Notes under the pieces: generated by a model | The model's input: only the letters and a program-made list of their open reading frames with translations | Database searches by the model: none | Told to the model about the DNA's origin: nothing | Origin: an uncultured virus (IMG/VR IMGVR_UViG_3300047157_000144) | Lineage: Duplodnaviria; Heunggongvirae; Uroviricota; Caudoviricetes | DNA length: 20,000 bases | Direction: 5' to 3' (one strand) | Virus record (IMG/VR): IMGVR_UViG_3300047157_000144 | Position numbers and translations under genes: made by a program | Shown here: positions 9,010-16,858 of the stretch, piece by piece | Layout: the number at the start of each line of letters is the position of its first letter | Position numbering within the stretch: position 1 is the first letter of the stretch

Positions 9010-9761
9010 AAAAAATCTAAGACTTGTGATTTGTCAACGTTTTGCACCAATTTATCTATTGCGTCTCTTTTAATTTGTGAGACTCGAACATAATTAGCGG
9101 TGCCTTCTATATTAAGTTCAGCTGCTATTTGTTTAGCAGTCATTTTATCACAGTCGAGCCCATAGCTCATACGTAGTACATCATATTCTCTTTCTAATAG
9201 ATTTGTCTTCATAAGACCCAATAGATATTTATTAATTATATCTATATTGTATTTCTCTGATTTATCCTCAATCTGCATTACAGAGTTGTCTTCATCATTT
9301 TCATATTCAATATCTATACTAGAAAATATACTGTTAAAAAACATTTGCACTATCATCTTATCTCCACCGTCTGATTTTCTAATTTCATTAAGCTTGTATT
9401 CGGGGATCCTCATGTTACCTCGATTAATATCAATCTCTCTTCTTATTGATCCTCTTATACGTTTCGACAAAAACGATTTAAGCGTTTTCTCAGGGTGCTC
9501 AGATTCATTAACAACACTCCAATCTATTCGATCGACTGCGTAAATTAAACCTTCTGCTCCTGATTGCAATAAATCATTTATACTTAGAACGCCGGAAGCT
9601 TGGTCTGAAGTAGAAAACGAGCGCGCTACGGACTCGACTAATTCTAAATTTTCAATTATAATGTTATCTCTCTCTGAGTATTTACCCTTTGAGGCTAAAT
9701 TTAAACTGTCTTCTAAATCAAGTTTCCACCTGACATAGTTTTGGACGTTATATCTTTTCAT
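9006..9761 (-). CDS. Phage-encoded sigma70-family RNA polymerase sigma factor
   Basis: Region 2 (NLELVESVARSF, DLLQSGAEGLIYAVDR), MRIP, region 4 HTH (EREYDVLRMSYGL...QIAAELNI...RVSQIKRDAIDKL). Confidence 0.88.
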   Translation of the reverse strand: MKRYNVQNYVRWKLDLEDSLNLASKGKYSERDNIIIENLELVESVARSFSTSDQASGVLSINDLLQSGAEGLIYAVDRIDWSVVNESEHPEKTLKSFLSKRIRGSIRREIDINRGNMRIPEYKLNEIRKSDGGDKMIVQMFFNSIFSSIDIEYENDEDNSVMQIEDKSEKYNIDIINKYLLGLMKTNLLEREYDVLRMSYGLDCDKMTAKQIAAELNIEGTANYVRVSQIKRDAIDKLVQNVDKSQVLDFL

Positions 9762-10368
9762 TTAAAAGTGTTTTTTCTCTAACTAATCCATTACTTATAT
9801 TTCTATAAATAGTTCTCGTCGAGACGTTTAAAATAGTTGCTATCTTTTTTATTGTTATCTTTTGTTTGTCATCATTAATTGTTAACATAGCTTCATATAT
9901 ATCTTCTGGTGTAGCTTTTTTCTGTTTACCAATTAACTTACCTATTATTTGTTGTTTTTGTTTTGTATTTAATCCTGAATTATCTCTAAAAATAACTTTT
10001 CTAGCTTTATTTTTAGGTCTGTCATTATCGAAATCTATTAATGAAACTTCATTAATCATTTTATCAATAATATCTGTAGGACAATTGAATGTTACATAGC
10101 CATTGCTTTTGTTTGCTACAAATCTTGCTAGCGTGTTAAATTGTAAGTGTGTCATTTCTTGATTCAAGTAATACAGTACAATTAAGTGCCACTTCAAAGA
10201 TTTATATGTAGTTATCTTAGCTTTGCTACGAAATAGAGCATAACATTCAAACGTTCCATGTTCATAATACCAACCCCAATTGTATTGTTTTGTAGGTATA
10301 TCATCAACTGGATCACGTCTATATAATATTCTATTGTCGTTTAAATATTTCAAATTTCTTTCAAACAT
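9748..10368 (-). CDS. DNA-binding protein with C-terminal HTH
   Basis: ITIKKIATILNVSTRTIYRNI helix-turn-helix. Confidence 0.75.
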   Translation of the reverse strand: MFERNLKYLNDNRILYRRDPVDDIPTKQYNWGWYYEHGTFECYALFRSKAKITTYKSLKWHLIVLYYLNQEMTHLQFNTLARFVANKSNGYVTFNCPTDIIDKMINEVSLIDFDNDRPKNKARKVIFRDNSGLNTKQKQQIIGKLIGKQKKATPEDIYEAMLTINDDKQKITIKKIATILNVSTRTIYRNISNGLVREKTLLNEKI

Positions 10369-10614
10369 TTATTTTTTCATAAAAGTGATTAGCTTTAAAT
10401 ATTTTTTATATCTTTCTATATTAGATGATAATAAAACTAATCTATTTACTTTGTTGTTTAATTTTATTCCTTTAAGTTTATGTAATTCCATAGACTCATT
10501 TGTAATTTCAGAATGCAAATCATATAATCTTTGACCAACAAATCTTAAATGTTTTTGTTTTCTTGAATAAAGATCGTGTTTATTTCTTATGTTATGTATA
10601 AATTCTAAAACCAT
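10369..10614 (-). CDS. Hypothetical basic protein (81 aa)
   Basis: ORF track, operon packing. Confidence 0.6.
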   Translation of the reverse strand: MVLEFIHNIRNKHDLYSRKQKHLRFVGQRLYDLHSEITNESMELHKLKGIKLNNKVNRLVLLSSNIERYKKYLKLITFMKK

Positions 10615-10715
10615 AAATTATTTATTATAATACAGAGAGCAATAAACGATATAGCTATAATCCAAAGGGGTACACCAATATAAATTAAAACTCTATTTAA
10701 CTTTCTTTTTTGCAT
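10605..10715 (-). CDS. Small single-pass membrane protein (36 aa)
   Basis: Manual ORF MQKRKLNRVLIYIGVPLWIIAISFIALCIIINNLWF. Confidence 0.5.
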   Translation of the reverse strand: MQKRKLNRVLIYIGVPLWIIAISFIALCIIINNLWF

Positions 10716-10777
10716 ATCGTTTATTCGGTTTGCTACTCTGCTGTTGTTTTTTTATTTTATCTCTAATTCCAAATATA

Positions 10778-11272
10778 TTATATGAAACTAGGTGCTTGTA
10801 AATGCGGTTGCTCATCTTTTATTGTTACTTGTTTTTTATCGTTAATATAATAATTCCAGTATGCTTTAGATGAATGATTTTCAACTTTATATTCATCAGG
10901 CATACATTGAGGTGGTTGTGTGAAAGGTGTATTATCAATATATAAAGGCGGTGTGTATAGCACGTCTCTACACTTTTCAATAGTAAGATGCGTTCTACCG
11001 TATCTGTTAGTATACTCATCACCCAGCGCCATCATGTACTGATATGTCCAATTGTAATTGTCTAAGCCTGAACGCACCCATATTGTTGACGGGTGGTTTA
11101 CATGCGCTTTCTTATAAGGAACATAACTAGTATCATACTCATAATCTTCTCCGATCACATGATGTGCAGTACAAAGCATTTGGGCAGCTTCCAACGGCAT
11201 TTTAACAACATGTCTGTTGTAATGATATTCAGCAGCTTTTACTGGGTCTGGGTGTAAGTAAAATATATTCAT
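10778..11272 (-). CDS. Pyrimidine dimer DNA glycosylase/endonuclease V-like protein
   Basis: MNIFYL..DP...A......HVVKMPLEAAQMLCTAH, HVNHPSTIW, EYTNRYGRTH, PQCMPDEYK. Confidence 0.75.
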   Translation of the reverse strand: MNIFYLHPDPVKAAEYHYNRHVVKMPLEAAQMLCTAHHVIGEDYEYDTSYVPYKKAHVNHPSTIWVRSGLDNYNWTYQYMMALGDEYTNRYGRTHLTIEKCRDVLYTPPLYIDNTPFTQPPQCMPDEYKVENHSSKAYWNYYINDKKQVTIKDEQPHLQAPSFI

Positions 11273-11421
11273 TAGTGGTTTATTATTTTAAATTCTTTAT
11301 CATTTGATAACATCCATGTTTTATCTGAATGACTATCAACATGATTCATAACTTCTGTTTGGCTTGATACATTATGTATATGTATATGACCAGTTGTAAA
11401 ATTTAGTATTGTTAATTTCAT
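11272..11421 (-). CDS. Hypothetical protein (49 aa)
   Basis: Manual ORF MKLTILNFTTGHIHIHNV...; TAATG coupling to the next gene; starts just downstream of motif copy 2. Confidence 0.65.
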   Translation of the reverse strand: MKLTILNFTTGHIHIHNVSSQTEVMNHVDSHSDKTWMLSNDKEFKIINH

Positions 11422-11429
11422 AGGTTATT

Positions 11430-11460
11430 ATTATCTAAGGTTATTCGTATTTGGTACGTA
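11430..11460 (-). promoter_or_regulatory. Repeated motif copy 2
   Basis: TACGT-ACCAAA-TACGA-N9-GATAAT. Confidence 0.75.
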
Positions 11461-11461
11461 C

Positions 11462-11701
11462 TTAATCTGATACTGTTAATTTACATTGACCATTGCAATT
11501 ATCCATTTGGTCATATAAAGCTTTGCATTCATCTTCAAGCATTTGAATATGTTCCTCCATTGCTTTGATTCTTTGCTCTTGATATGTCATGAGTGATTCC
11601 ATACTGTAGTAATTATTAGGGTTAGTATTATTGTTTTGATTATGTAAATTATATATAATAAGATCTCCATCTGTTGTTATATTAAATTTCGGGATATTCA
11701 A
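11462..11701 (-). CDS. Hypothetical protein with coiled coil (start uncertain)
   Basis: ORF track. Confidence 0.55.
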   Translation of the reverse strand: MNIPKFNITTDGDLIIYNLHNQNNNTNPNNYYSMESLMTYQEQRIKAMEEHIQMLEDECKALYDQMDNCNGQCKLTVSD

Positions 11702-11867
11702 TTTTTTGTATTTTTAGTTTACCTTTATTATTTTTTTCACTGTAATATATAGCTGTAATTTGATCGCCATACTTTTTAAGCAATTTGATTTGCTCATCAG
11801 TAAATTCAAAGTTTAAGTTGAATGAACTTACACCTTGCCTTCCATTTGTATTTAAAAACATCATCAT
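11682..11867 (-). CDS. Hypothetical protein (61 aa)
   Basis: ORF track; follows tRNA. Confidence 0.6.
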   Translation of the reverse strand: MMMFLNTNGRQGVSSFNLNFEFTDEQIKLLKKYGDQITAIYYSEKNNKGKLKIQKIEYPEI

Positions 11868-11881
11868 AATTTATAATTTAG

Positions 11882-11953
<72 letters not shown>

Positions 11954-11960
11954 AAGTTTA

Positions 11961-12131
11961 AGGAACAGAACCCCATCAGTATCTGAAGCACGCTGGAAGC
12001 TTGGGAGCCGCAACCTAAGGATTGCCTATTGGATCTTACACCCTAATATTATTAGAGCAGGATGTGGGTGATTCTGGCATTACCTTTTTATTGCACCGTT
12101 TTGTAATCAAACCGCCAGACAAATCCCGCTC
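11961..12131 (-). ncRNA. Putative structured ncRNA of unknown family
   Basis: GC-richer intergenic island with nested helices GAGCGGGAT/ATCCTGCTC, TCTGGC/GCCAGA and GCAATC/GGTTGC; G-U pairs favour the minus strand. Confidence 0.6.
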
Positions 12132-12146
12132 ATCTAAAATAAATAA

Positions 12147-12365
12147 CTAACCTAAAATAAAGTTATTTTTAATATGTTTGTTAAAGAATTTACCGATCGA
12201 ATAACTGTTTCTCATTTTTTGAAACAATCTAACTGGTATATCTTTGTATAAATAATTTGTATCGTTTTGAAATTTAACTAATAAATTTCTTTGTTCTTTG
12301 TAGTATCTCATAGATTGTATTGCTGTTGAGTCTACTGTTATAAAATCGTATTTAATTTTTCTCAT
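12147..12365 (-). CDS. KTSC domain protein
   Basis: VDSTAIQSMRY...LLVKFQNDTNYLYKDIP...SIGKFFNKHIKNNF. Confidence 0.9.
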   Translation of the reverse strand: MRKIKYDFITVDSTAIQSMRYYKEQRNLLVKFQNDTNYLYKDIPVRLFQKMRNSYSIGKFFNKHIKNNFILG

Positions 12366-12382
12366 GTTGTTTTGTTTATTAT

Positions 12383-12413
12383 ATTATCTATTTGTTATCG
12401 TATTTGTTACGTA
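12383..12413 (-). promoter_or_regulatory. Repeated motif copy 3
   Basis: TACGT-AACAAA-TACGA-N9-GATAAT; contains the stop of the 12407..12643 ORF. Confidence 0.75.
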
Positions 12414-12643
12414 CCTTTGGTTATATCTTTTCTAAAATTATCATTATTCCACATATAATCACCAAATTCCTCACGCTTTTGTAAAATCCAATCTTCTTGG
12501 TTTTTAAATTTATCTATTATTTCTATAGCTTCAATTAATGAGTCTACTGTATGAGCTTCACTACCCCATATATTTATATGTCTTGCAACATATTTATCTT
12601 TATGTACTGGGTGTTTTTTTACACTCCAGTTTTCGCCTTCCAT
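12407..12643 (-). CDS. Hypothetical protein (78 aa)
   Basis: ORF track. Confidence 0.7.
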   Translation of the reverse strand: MEGENWSVKKHPVHKDKYVARHINIWGSEAHTVDSLIEAIEIIDKFKNQEDWILQKREEFGDYMWNNDNFRKDITKGT

Positions 12644-12653
12644 ATTTCAGGAT

Positions 12654-13034
12654 TTACTTTTTCCATAGCTCTTGTAGTTTTTCGTTAGTTAATTTATATA
12701 TAGCTTGTATATTATCGTCAGTATGTATAGCATGGTCAAGTGCCCAGACTCCTGCTTGTTTCCAAGAGTCAGGTCTTGTACCAAATTCCATATCTATTTC
12801 AAATATATCATAGTCAAGGTTGTCAACAATTTCTTTGCACTTGTTATTGCCCATTGTATAATTGTCAACCCAGTATTCAATTAATTGCATGACGTAATCT
12901 TCCTCAACTACAAATTCATTTACAACTTCACCCGCTACACCTTCCTCATATTCAAGTACCATTTCATCTGATACATCTTCAATTAAATGATCGGAGTACT
13001 CTTTTGTCCAGTATCTGTATTTAGCTTCATCCAT
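12654..13034 (-). CDS. Highly acidic protein, candidate Ocr-like DNA mimic
   Basis: About 31 D/E versus 11 K/R in 126 aa; early-region location; faint by-eye resemblance to T7 Ocr. Confidence 0.5.
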   Translation of the reverse strand: MDEAKYRYWTKEYSDHLIEDVSDEMVLEYEEGVAGEVVNEFVVEEDYVMQLIEYWVDNYTMGNNKCKEIVDNLDYDIFEIDMEFGTRPDSWKQAGVWALDHAIHTDDNIQAIYKLTNEKLQELWKK

Positions 13035-13266
13035 CGTATCTATTATAATCTACAAGATTTTTTAAAATCTCTACGTTAGACATTTCTTTAGCTGGTACAA
13101 CTTCAGTATCTTCAGTTTCAATTGAATGTAAATAAGCAGTTTCATACTTATCTGGATTATCTACAAATAATGAAATTACATCTAATGTATCTTCCTCATC
13201 AAGAGTACTAAAACCAAATTCAGATTTTAGTTCATTTGCCATATGGTCTAATATACCTTCAAGCAA
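13027..13266 (-). CDS. Acidic hypothetical protein (start uncertain)
   Basis: ORF track. Confidence 0.65.
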   Translation of the reverse strand: MLEGILDHMANELKSEFGFSTLDEEDTLDVISLFVDNPDKYETAYLHSIETEDTEVVPAKEMSNVEILKNLVDYNRYDG

Positions 13267-13300
13267 TTTGTTATCGTATTGTTGTGAATATTTGTCATAA

Positions 13301-13483
13301 TTATATTTTTTCTTTTAATTGTTGTCTAATCATTTCATATACAGTTTCAGTATATTCAATTTGTTTTTCTTCTGTAAGGTCTAAACCTTTTGATTCTCTA
13401 TAAAAATCTATTGTATCTAAGATTTCCATTTCAATCATATCTATAAGACTACTGACGCAATCTTCAAAATCTATTTGTTTCAT
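13301..13483 (-). CDS. Acidic hypothetical protein (60 aa)
   Basis: ORF track; downstream of motif copy 4. Confidence 0.7.
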   Translation of the reverse strand: MKQIDFEDCVSSLIDMIEMEILDTIDFYRESKGLDLTEEKQIEYTETVYEMIRQQLKEKI

Positions 13484-13513
13484 ATTTATTTATTTTAGTT
13501 ATTAATTTATTAT

Positions 13514-13544
13514 ATTATCGGTCTACTGTCGTATTTGTTACGTA
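13514..13544 (-). promoter_or_regulatory. Repeated motif copy 4
   Basis: TACGT-AACAAA-TACGA-N9-GATAAT; contains the stop of the 13538..13756 ORF. Confidence 0.75.
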
Positions 13545-13756
13545 TTATCTTTATAGTATCCTAATTGATATTTGCATAAAATCTCATCACCAATTCTTTG
13601 GATATGTTTTTCAATACTGTCATCAATTATAGAATGTATAGCACTTTGTACTGAGCCTGTATAGTCTCTGTATTCATCAACTGTATATTCAGCCATGAGT
13701 TGACCGATCGTTTCAATCAACTCATTTTTTTCTATTTGTATTAATTCTTTATCCAT
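13538..13756 (-). CDS. Acidic hypothetical protein (72 aa)
   Basis: ORF track. Confidence 0.7.
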   Translation of the reverse strand: MDKELIQIEKNELIETIGQLMAEYTVDEYRDYTGSVQSAIHSIIDDSIEKHIQRIGDEILCKYQLGYYKDNT

Positions 13757-13758
13757 GT

Positions 13759-14238
13759 TTATACAGTATGTAATTTTTCAAAAGATGATAGCTTGTGATA
13801 CCCAAAGGTCATAAAGTACTCATCTTCAAATATCATTTGCTCACCTTCATAATTAGGATGGTATATTAAATCCTGTTTACCTGTTGGATAAAATGTTGAT
13901 GATGTCCACTCTTTAATGTTGTAACCAATACATTCTTGTTCGAGTTCCATACATAGTATAGTCAATTTATCTTCAAGTATTTTTCGATCGGATAAAGGCA
14001 TATGTTCAACCTCAATTCCATCTTCATCTTTAAAGGTTTCAATATTACCATAAAAGCTAAATGCAATATAAAATGATTTTTCGATTTCATCATTGTATGT
14101 ACCATCAAATTCAAACATAGCTTTAACTATGTTACCACTTCCGCCATCAAATCTGTTTTTAATTTTTTCTCTGACGTGGTTTAAATCATGGTAAGCATAT
14201 CTATATCCAGAAGTTTTAGAGTGTCTGAGCTTTCCCAT
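13759..14238 (-). CDS. Hypothetical protein (159 aa; possibly N-terminally extended via slippage from ATG 14303)
   Basis: ORF track; frame stays open upstream through an A9 run. Confidence 0.7.
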   Translation of the reverse strand: MGKLRHSKTSGYRYAYHDLNHVREKIKNRFDGGSGNIVKAMFEFDGTYNDEIEKSFYIAFSFYGNIETFKDEDGIEVEHMPLSDRKILEDKLTILCMELEQECIGYNIKEWTSSTFYPTGKQDLIYHPNYEGEQMIFEDEYFMTFGYHKLSSFEKLHTV

Positions 14239-14315
14239 GTTTCTTTTTGAACCAACATTTAATTCGACGGTCCAATGTCTACTTGTTTCTTTTTTTTTGT
14301 CATTAGTTATTTATT

Positions 14316-14450
14316 TTAGTTATGATTAACATTGTAGTAAAAGATTTCAGAAAAGAATTCAATTAATTCATTTTTAGTTTTGAATTCATATGAGTTAGAA
14401 TTATTACTTGTTTACTTTTCTTTTATTAAATTGTATTTTGTATATTTCAT
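14316..14450 (-). pseudogene. Small ORF interrupted by an in-frame TAA (14412-14414)
   Basis: MKYTKYNLIKEK*TSNNSNSYEFKTKNELIEFFSEIFYYNVNHN*; sits directly downstream of motif copy 5. Confidence 0.45.
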
Positions 14451-14468
14451 TGTTATTTATTTTATATT

Positions 14469-14499
14469 ATTATCCTATTGTCATCGTATTTAATACGTA
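14469..14499 (-). promoter_or_regulatory. Repeated motif copy 5
   Basis: TACGT-ATTAAA-TACGA-N9-GATAAT; contains the stop of the 14490..14636 ORF. Confidence 0.75.
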
Positions 14500-14636
14500 C
14501 TCCACATAAATTCATTTAAGTCATTAACTGTTAAATCATGAGGGTGTTGTTTACCATTCAATAGTAAATCATCCATTACTATCCATTGGTCTACTCCGTG
14601 ACGTGTACAAACGTCTATAAATTCTATTTTTGTCAT
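14490..14636 (-). CDS. Hypothetical protein (48 aa)
   Basis: Manual ORF MTKIEFIDVCTRHGVDQWIVMDD...; TAATG coupling. Confidence 0.65.
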   Translation of the reverse strand: MTKIEFIDVCTRHGVDQWIVMDDLLLNGKQHPHDLTVNDLNEFMWSTY

Positions 14637-14809
14637 TATATTTCGTTTAAGTCTTTTTTAGTTATATAGTCTTCCACTTGTTCCATGAGTTGTATAGCAT
14701 GGTTTTTACTGTTGGTCATATCCATTAATCTGGACATTATTGAGCTCATAGGATTTAATTCATAAAGCCTATAAAAGTATTCTAGTTGTTGTTTTGTTAG
14801 TTGTTTCAT
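14636..14809 (-). CDS. Hypothetical protein (57 aa)
   Basis: Manual ORF MKQLTKQQLEYFYRLYELNPM... Confidence 0.65.
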   Translation of the reverse strand: MKQLTKQQLEYFYRLYELNPMSSIMSRLMDMTNSKNHAIQLMEQVEDYITKKDLNEI

Positions 14810-14810
14810 T

Positions 14811-14975
14811 TTAATCTAGGTTTAACATTGAGTCTAAGGTTCTTATTATTTCATTTCTTAAATAGCTTCTTTGGTTTTCATTTAAGCATTTAAAAGTATC
14901 TGTATCTATATTAGAACAAGCAATTGAGTCAACTACTTTTTCTAGTTTGTCTATTTGTTTAAAGTTTATATACAT
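14811..14975 (-). CDS. Hypothetical protein (54 aa)
   Basis: Manual ORF MYINFKQIDKLEKVVDSIAC...; downstream of motif copy 6. Confidence 0.65.
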   Translation of the reverse strand: MYINFKQIDKLEKVVDSIACSNIDTDTFKCLNENQRSYLRNEIIRTLDSMLNLD

Positions 14976-14992
14976 AGTTATTTATTTATTAT

Positions 14993-15023
14993 ATTATCTT
15001 AAGTTAATCGTTTTTGTTACGTA
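14993..15023 (-). promoter_or_regulatory. Repeated motif copy 6
   Basis: TACGT-AACAAA-AACGA-N9-GATAAT (one mismatch); contains the stop of the 15017..15244 ORF. Confidence 0.72.
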
Positions 15024-15244
15024 CTCAATTTTGACCATTCATCAAAGTAGTCTCCAAAGTCATTTTCTGAAAAATCATAATACTCCATTGACCATCTTTT
15101 TAACTGGTCATAAGTTCCCTCAAATGTAATACAGTCCGTATTTTTTAAAGAATAAAAGTTAATCATTTTCAAACCAAAATTGCTAAATGTTTCAAATATT
15201 ATCATTGGTTCAACTACATCAAATTGTAATTCATATAATTTCAT
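15017..15244 (-). CDS. Acidic hypothetical protein (75 aa)
   Basis: ORF track. Confidence 0.7.
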   Translation of the reverse strand: MKLYELQFDVVEPMIIFETFSNFGLKMINFYSLKNTDCITFEGTYDQLKRWSMEYYDFSENDFGDYFDEWSKLST

Positions 15245-15335
15245 AATTAGTTATTTTAAAAGGTTATTATTTATTTGTTAGTAAAAAATAGTCTGTAGGT
15301 ATTACTCAAGGTCTCAAGTTGTGTTTACACAAAAA

Positions 15336-15383
15336 TGTGACGTTAGGTATTATAATATTAATAAGTAAGTTTCTATTGTCATA
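15336..15383. repeat. Long-spacer imperfect inverted repeat, copy A
   Basis: TGTGACGTTAG-N26(AT-rich)-CTATTGTCATA; paralogous to 18013..18059. Confidence 0.6.
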
Positions 15384-15397
15384 CTTTTTACATATAT

Positions 15398-15494
15398 ATT
15401 ATCCTATATCAATTCGTATTTTCCGTTCTTTTTATATTCCGAGCGAAGCGAGGGGCTAATCTTATATTATCGGATAAGTCTCGTAACCTCCGTT
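15398..15494 (-). promoter_or_regulatory. Two variant motif copies (15398-15427, 15466-15494)
   Basis: Both read AACGGA-N3-TACGA-N9/10-GATAAT on the minus strand. Confidence 0.5.
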
Positions 15495-15609
15495 TTGCTA
15501 TACATGCTATACATAATTAGGCCCATTCACCCGTGACTACATATCTCATTGAGATACTGTTTCTGGGTTACTAAGGGTTATCCTAATTAATGAACTTAAA
15601 AACTAACTA

Positions 15610-16182
15610 TTATTTATTTACTGGTCCACCACCGCGAACCTGCTTAACATATTTAGCTCTTGACCATCTGTATTTCTCAGGGACATCAATTCCACATCCC
15701 TCAAGATATTGCCAGTTAAGTACAAAGCCATCAGTTTTTGTATTTGTTTCTTCAGTGAATATTTTAATATATTCTTTTTGGTATTCTAAGGATTTTCTAA
15801 GCATATCTAATATACTAGATTTGTAACCTATTATATCGTAGTTGGATTTATTAAATCCTATTAGTACACCCTTCTTTTGATCTTTAAGCCATCTAGTTCT
15901 TGACTTAACTTCTTCAAGTACAATATCTCTATTAGTATGCCATTCATAATCTGGATCCCATGTTGAGTCTTTATCTATTGTATTCCATATATCTTCGATA
16001 CTTTTACCATCATAGTTTGTGACTTGTAAATCACCTCCGTATGAATCATCCCAACAGTTACATATCTTTTTATTATCAAAGTATACATCCCATTCTTGTG
16101 ATGGTCCATCGTGTCCACGCATTGTTTTAATGTTTTTTGCAGTAGCGCGGTTGTAAAATTCTTTTAATGTTATTTTATTCAT
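15610..16182 (-). CDS. Hypothetical protein (190 aa)
   Basis: ORF track; downstream of the motif copy at 16219. Confidence 0.8.
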   Translation of the reverse strand: MNKITLKEFYNRATAKNIKTMRGHDGPSQEWDVYFDNKKICNCWDDSYGGDLQVTNYDGKSIEDIWNTIDKDSTWDPDYEWHTNRDIVLEEVKSRTRWLKDQKKGVLIGFNKSNYDIIGYKSSILDMLRKSLEYQKEYIKIFTEETNTKTDGFVLNWQYLEGCGIDVPEKYRWSRAKYVKQVRGGGPVNK

Positions 16183-16218
16183 AGTTATTGTTTTTAGTTA
16201 TTATTATTAATCGTATTT

Positions 16219-16254
16219 ATTATCGTTAGTTAATCGTATTCGTGACGTATAGCA
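16219..16254 (-). promoter_or_regulatory. Repeated motif copy 7 (extended TGCTA-TACGTC subtype)
   Basis: TGCTA-TACGT-CACGAA-TACGA-N9-GATAAT. Confidence 0.75.
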
Positions 16255-16255
16255 T

Positions 16256-16474
16256 TTACATCTCATGAGTTATATCGATCGGGTCGTATGTTCTTTGTAC
16301 CGTTTCGTAATCATACACATTATGTACATATGTATCTGCTTGATTATCCATTTGCCTAGCAAAGGTTAGAGCTTTCTTTTTAGTGTCAAACTCGTAGTGT
16401 TCTTCTGTATAGTTTCCTTCGGGCCAGCCAACATTACATCTGACTTCGACCCAGTAATTAAATTCTGATTTCAT
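16256..16474 (-). CDS. Hypothetical protein (72 aa from MKSEF)
   Basis: ORF track, start re-assigned to follow the stop of the upstream ORF. Confidence 0.7.
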   Translation of the reverse strand: MKSEFNYWVEVRCNVGWPEGNYTEEHYEFDTKKKALTFARQMDNQADTYVHNVYDYETVQRTYDPIDITHEM

Positions 16475-16475
16475 A

Positions 16476-16637
16476 TTATTTATTTTGATCATTGTTAGCA
16501 TTGTGTTCATACACTTCAGTCAACTGACATATTGCAATCATTATTTCTTGCATTTCAATTATAGTCGTTGCTAAATCGTCTTTATCCCAAGACATTAAAT
16601 TATCGTAATCATACCATTTGTGGTTTTTCATTTCCAT
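16476..16637 (-). CDS. Hypothetical protein (53 aa)
   Basis: Manual ORF MEMKNHKWYDYDNLMSWDKDDLATT... Confidence 0.6.
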   Translation of the reverse strand: MEMKNHKWYDYDNLMSWDKDDLATTIIEMQEIMIAICQLTEVYEHNANNDQNK

Positions 16638-16639
16638 AG

Positions 16640-16837
16640 TTATTTTATTTTATTAGTTAGTAATTCTTTTGGCATTAAGTTATTTGCTTCTAAAGCAATC
16701 GCTGTATTTAACATATCTTTTTCGATTTGTTCATTTTCTTTTTTATAAAGATTATGTACTTCCAGTACTGATTTTCCTGGATTGTTTTTCATTATTGTAT
16801 AGAATCTATTAAATTCTTTTTTAGGTATATGTTTCAT
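16640..16837 (-). CDS. Hypothetical protein (65 aa from MKHIPKK)
   Basis: ORF track; the longer start lies inside the promoter motif. Confidence 0.7.
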   Translation of the reverse strand: MKHIPKKEFNRFYTIMKNNPGKSVLEVHNLYKKENEQIEKDMLNTAIALEANNLMPKELLTNKIK

Positions 16838-16858
16838 AGTTATTGTTTTTACATTTAT

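Noticed and set aside
11961..12010. HDV-like/theta or hammerhead ribozyme call
   Set aside because: Only partial resemblance: no canonical P1/P1.1, it lies 5' rather than 3' of the tRNA, and CTGATGG is not the hammerhead CUGANGA core
13268..13283. TTTGTTATCGTATTGT resembling motif copy 3
   Set aside because: Lacks both the GATAAT box and the TACGT half-site at the correct spacing
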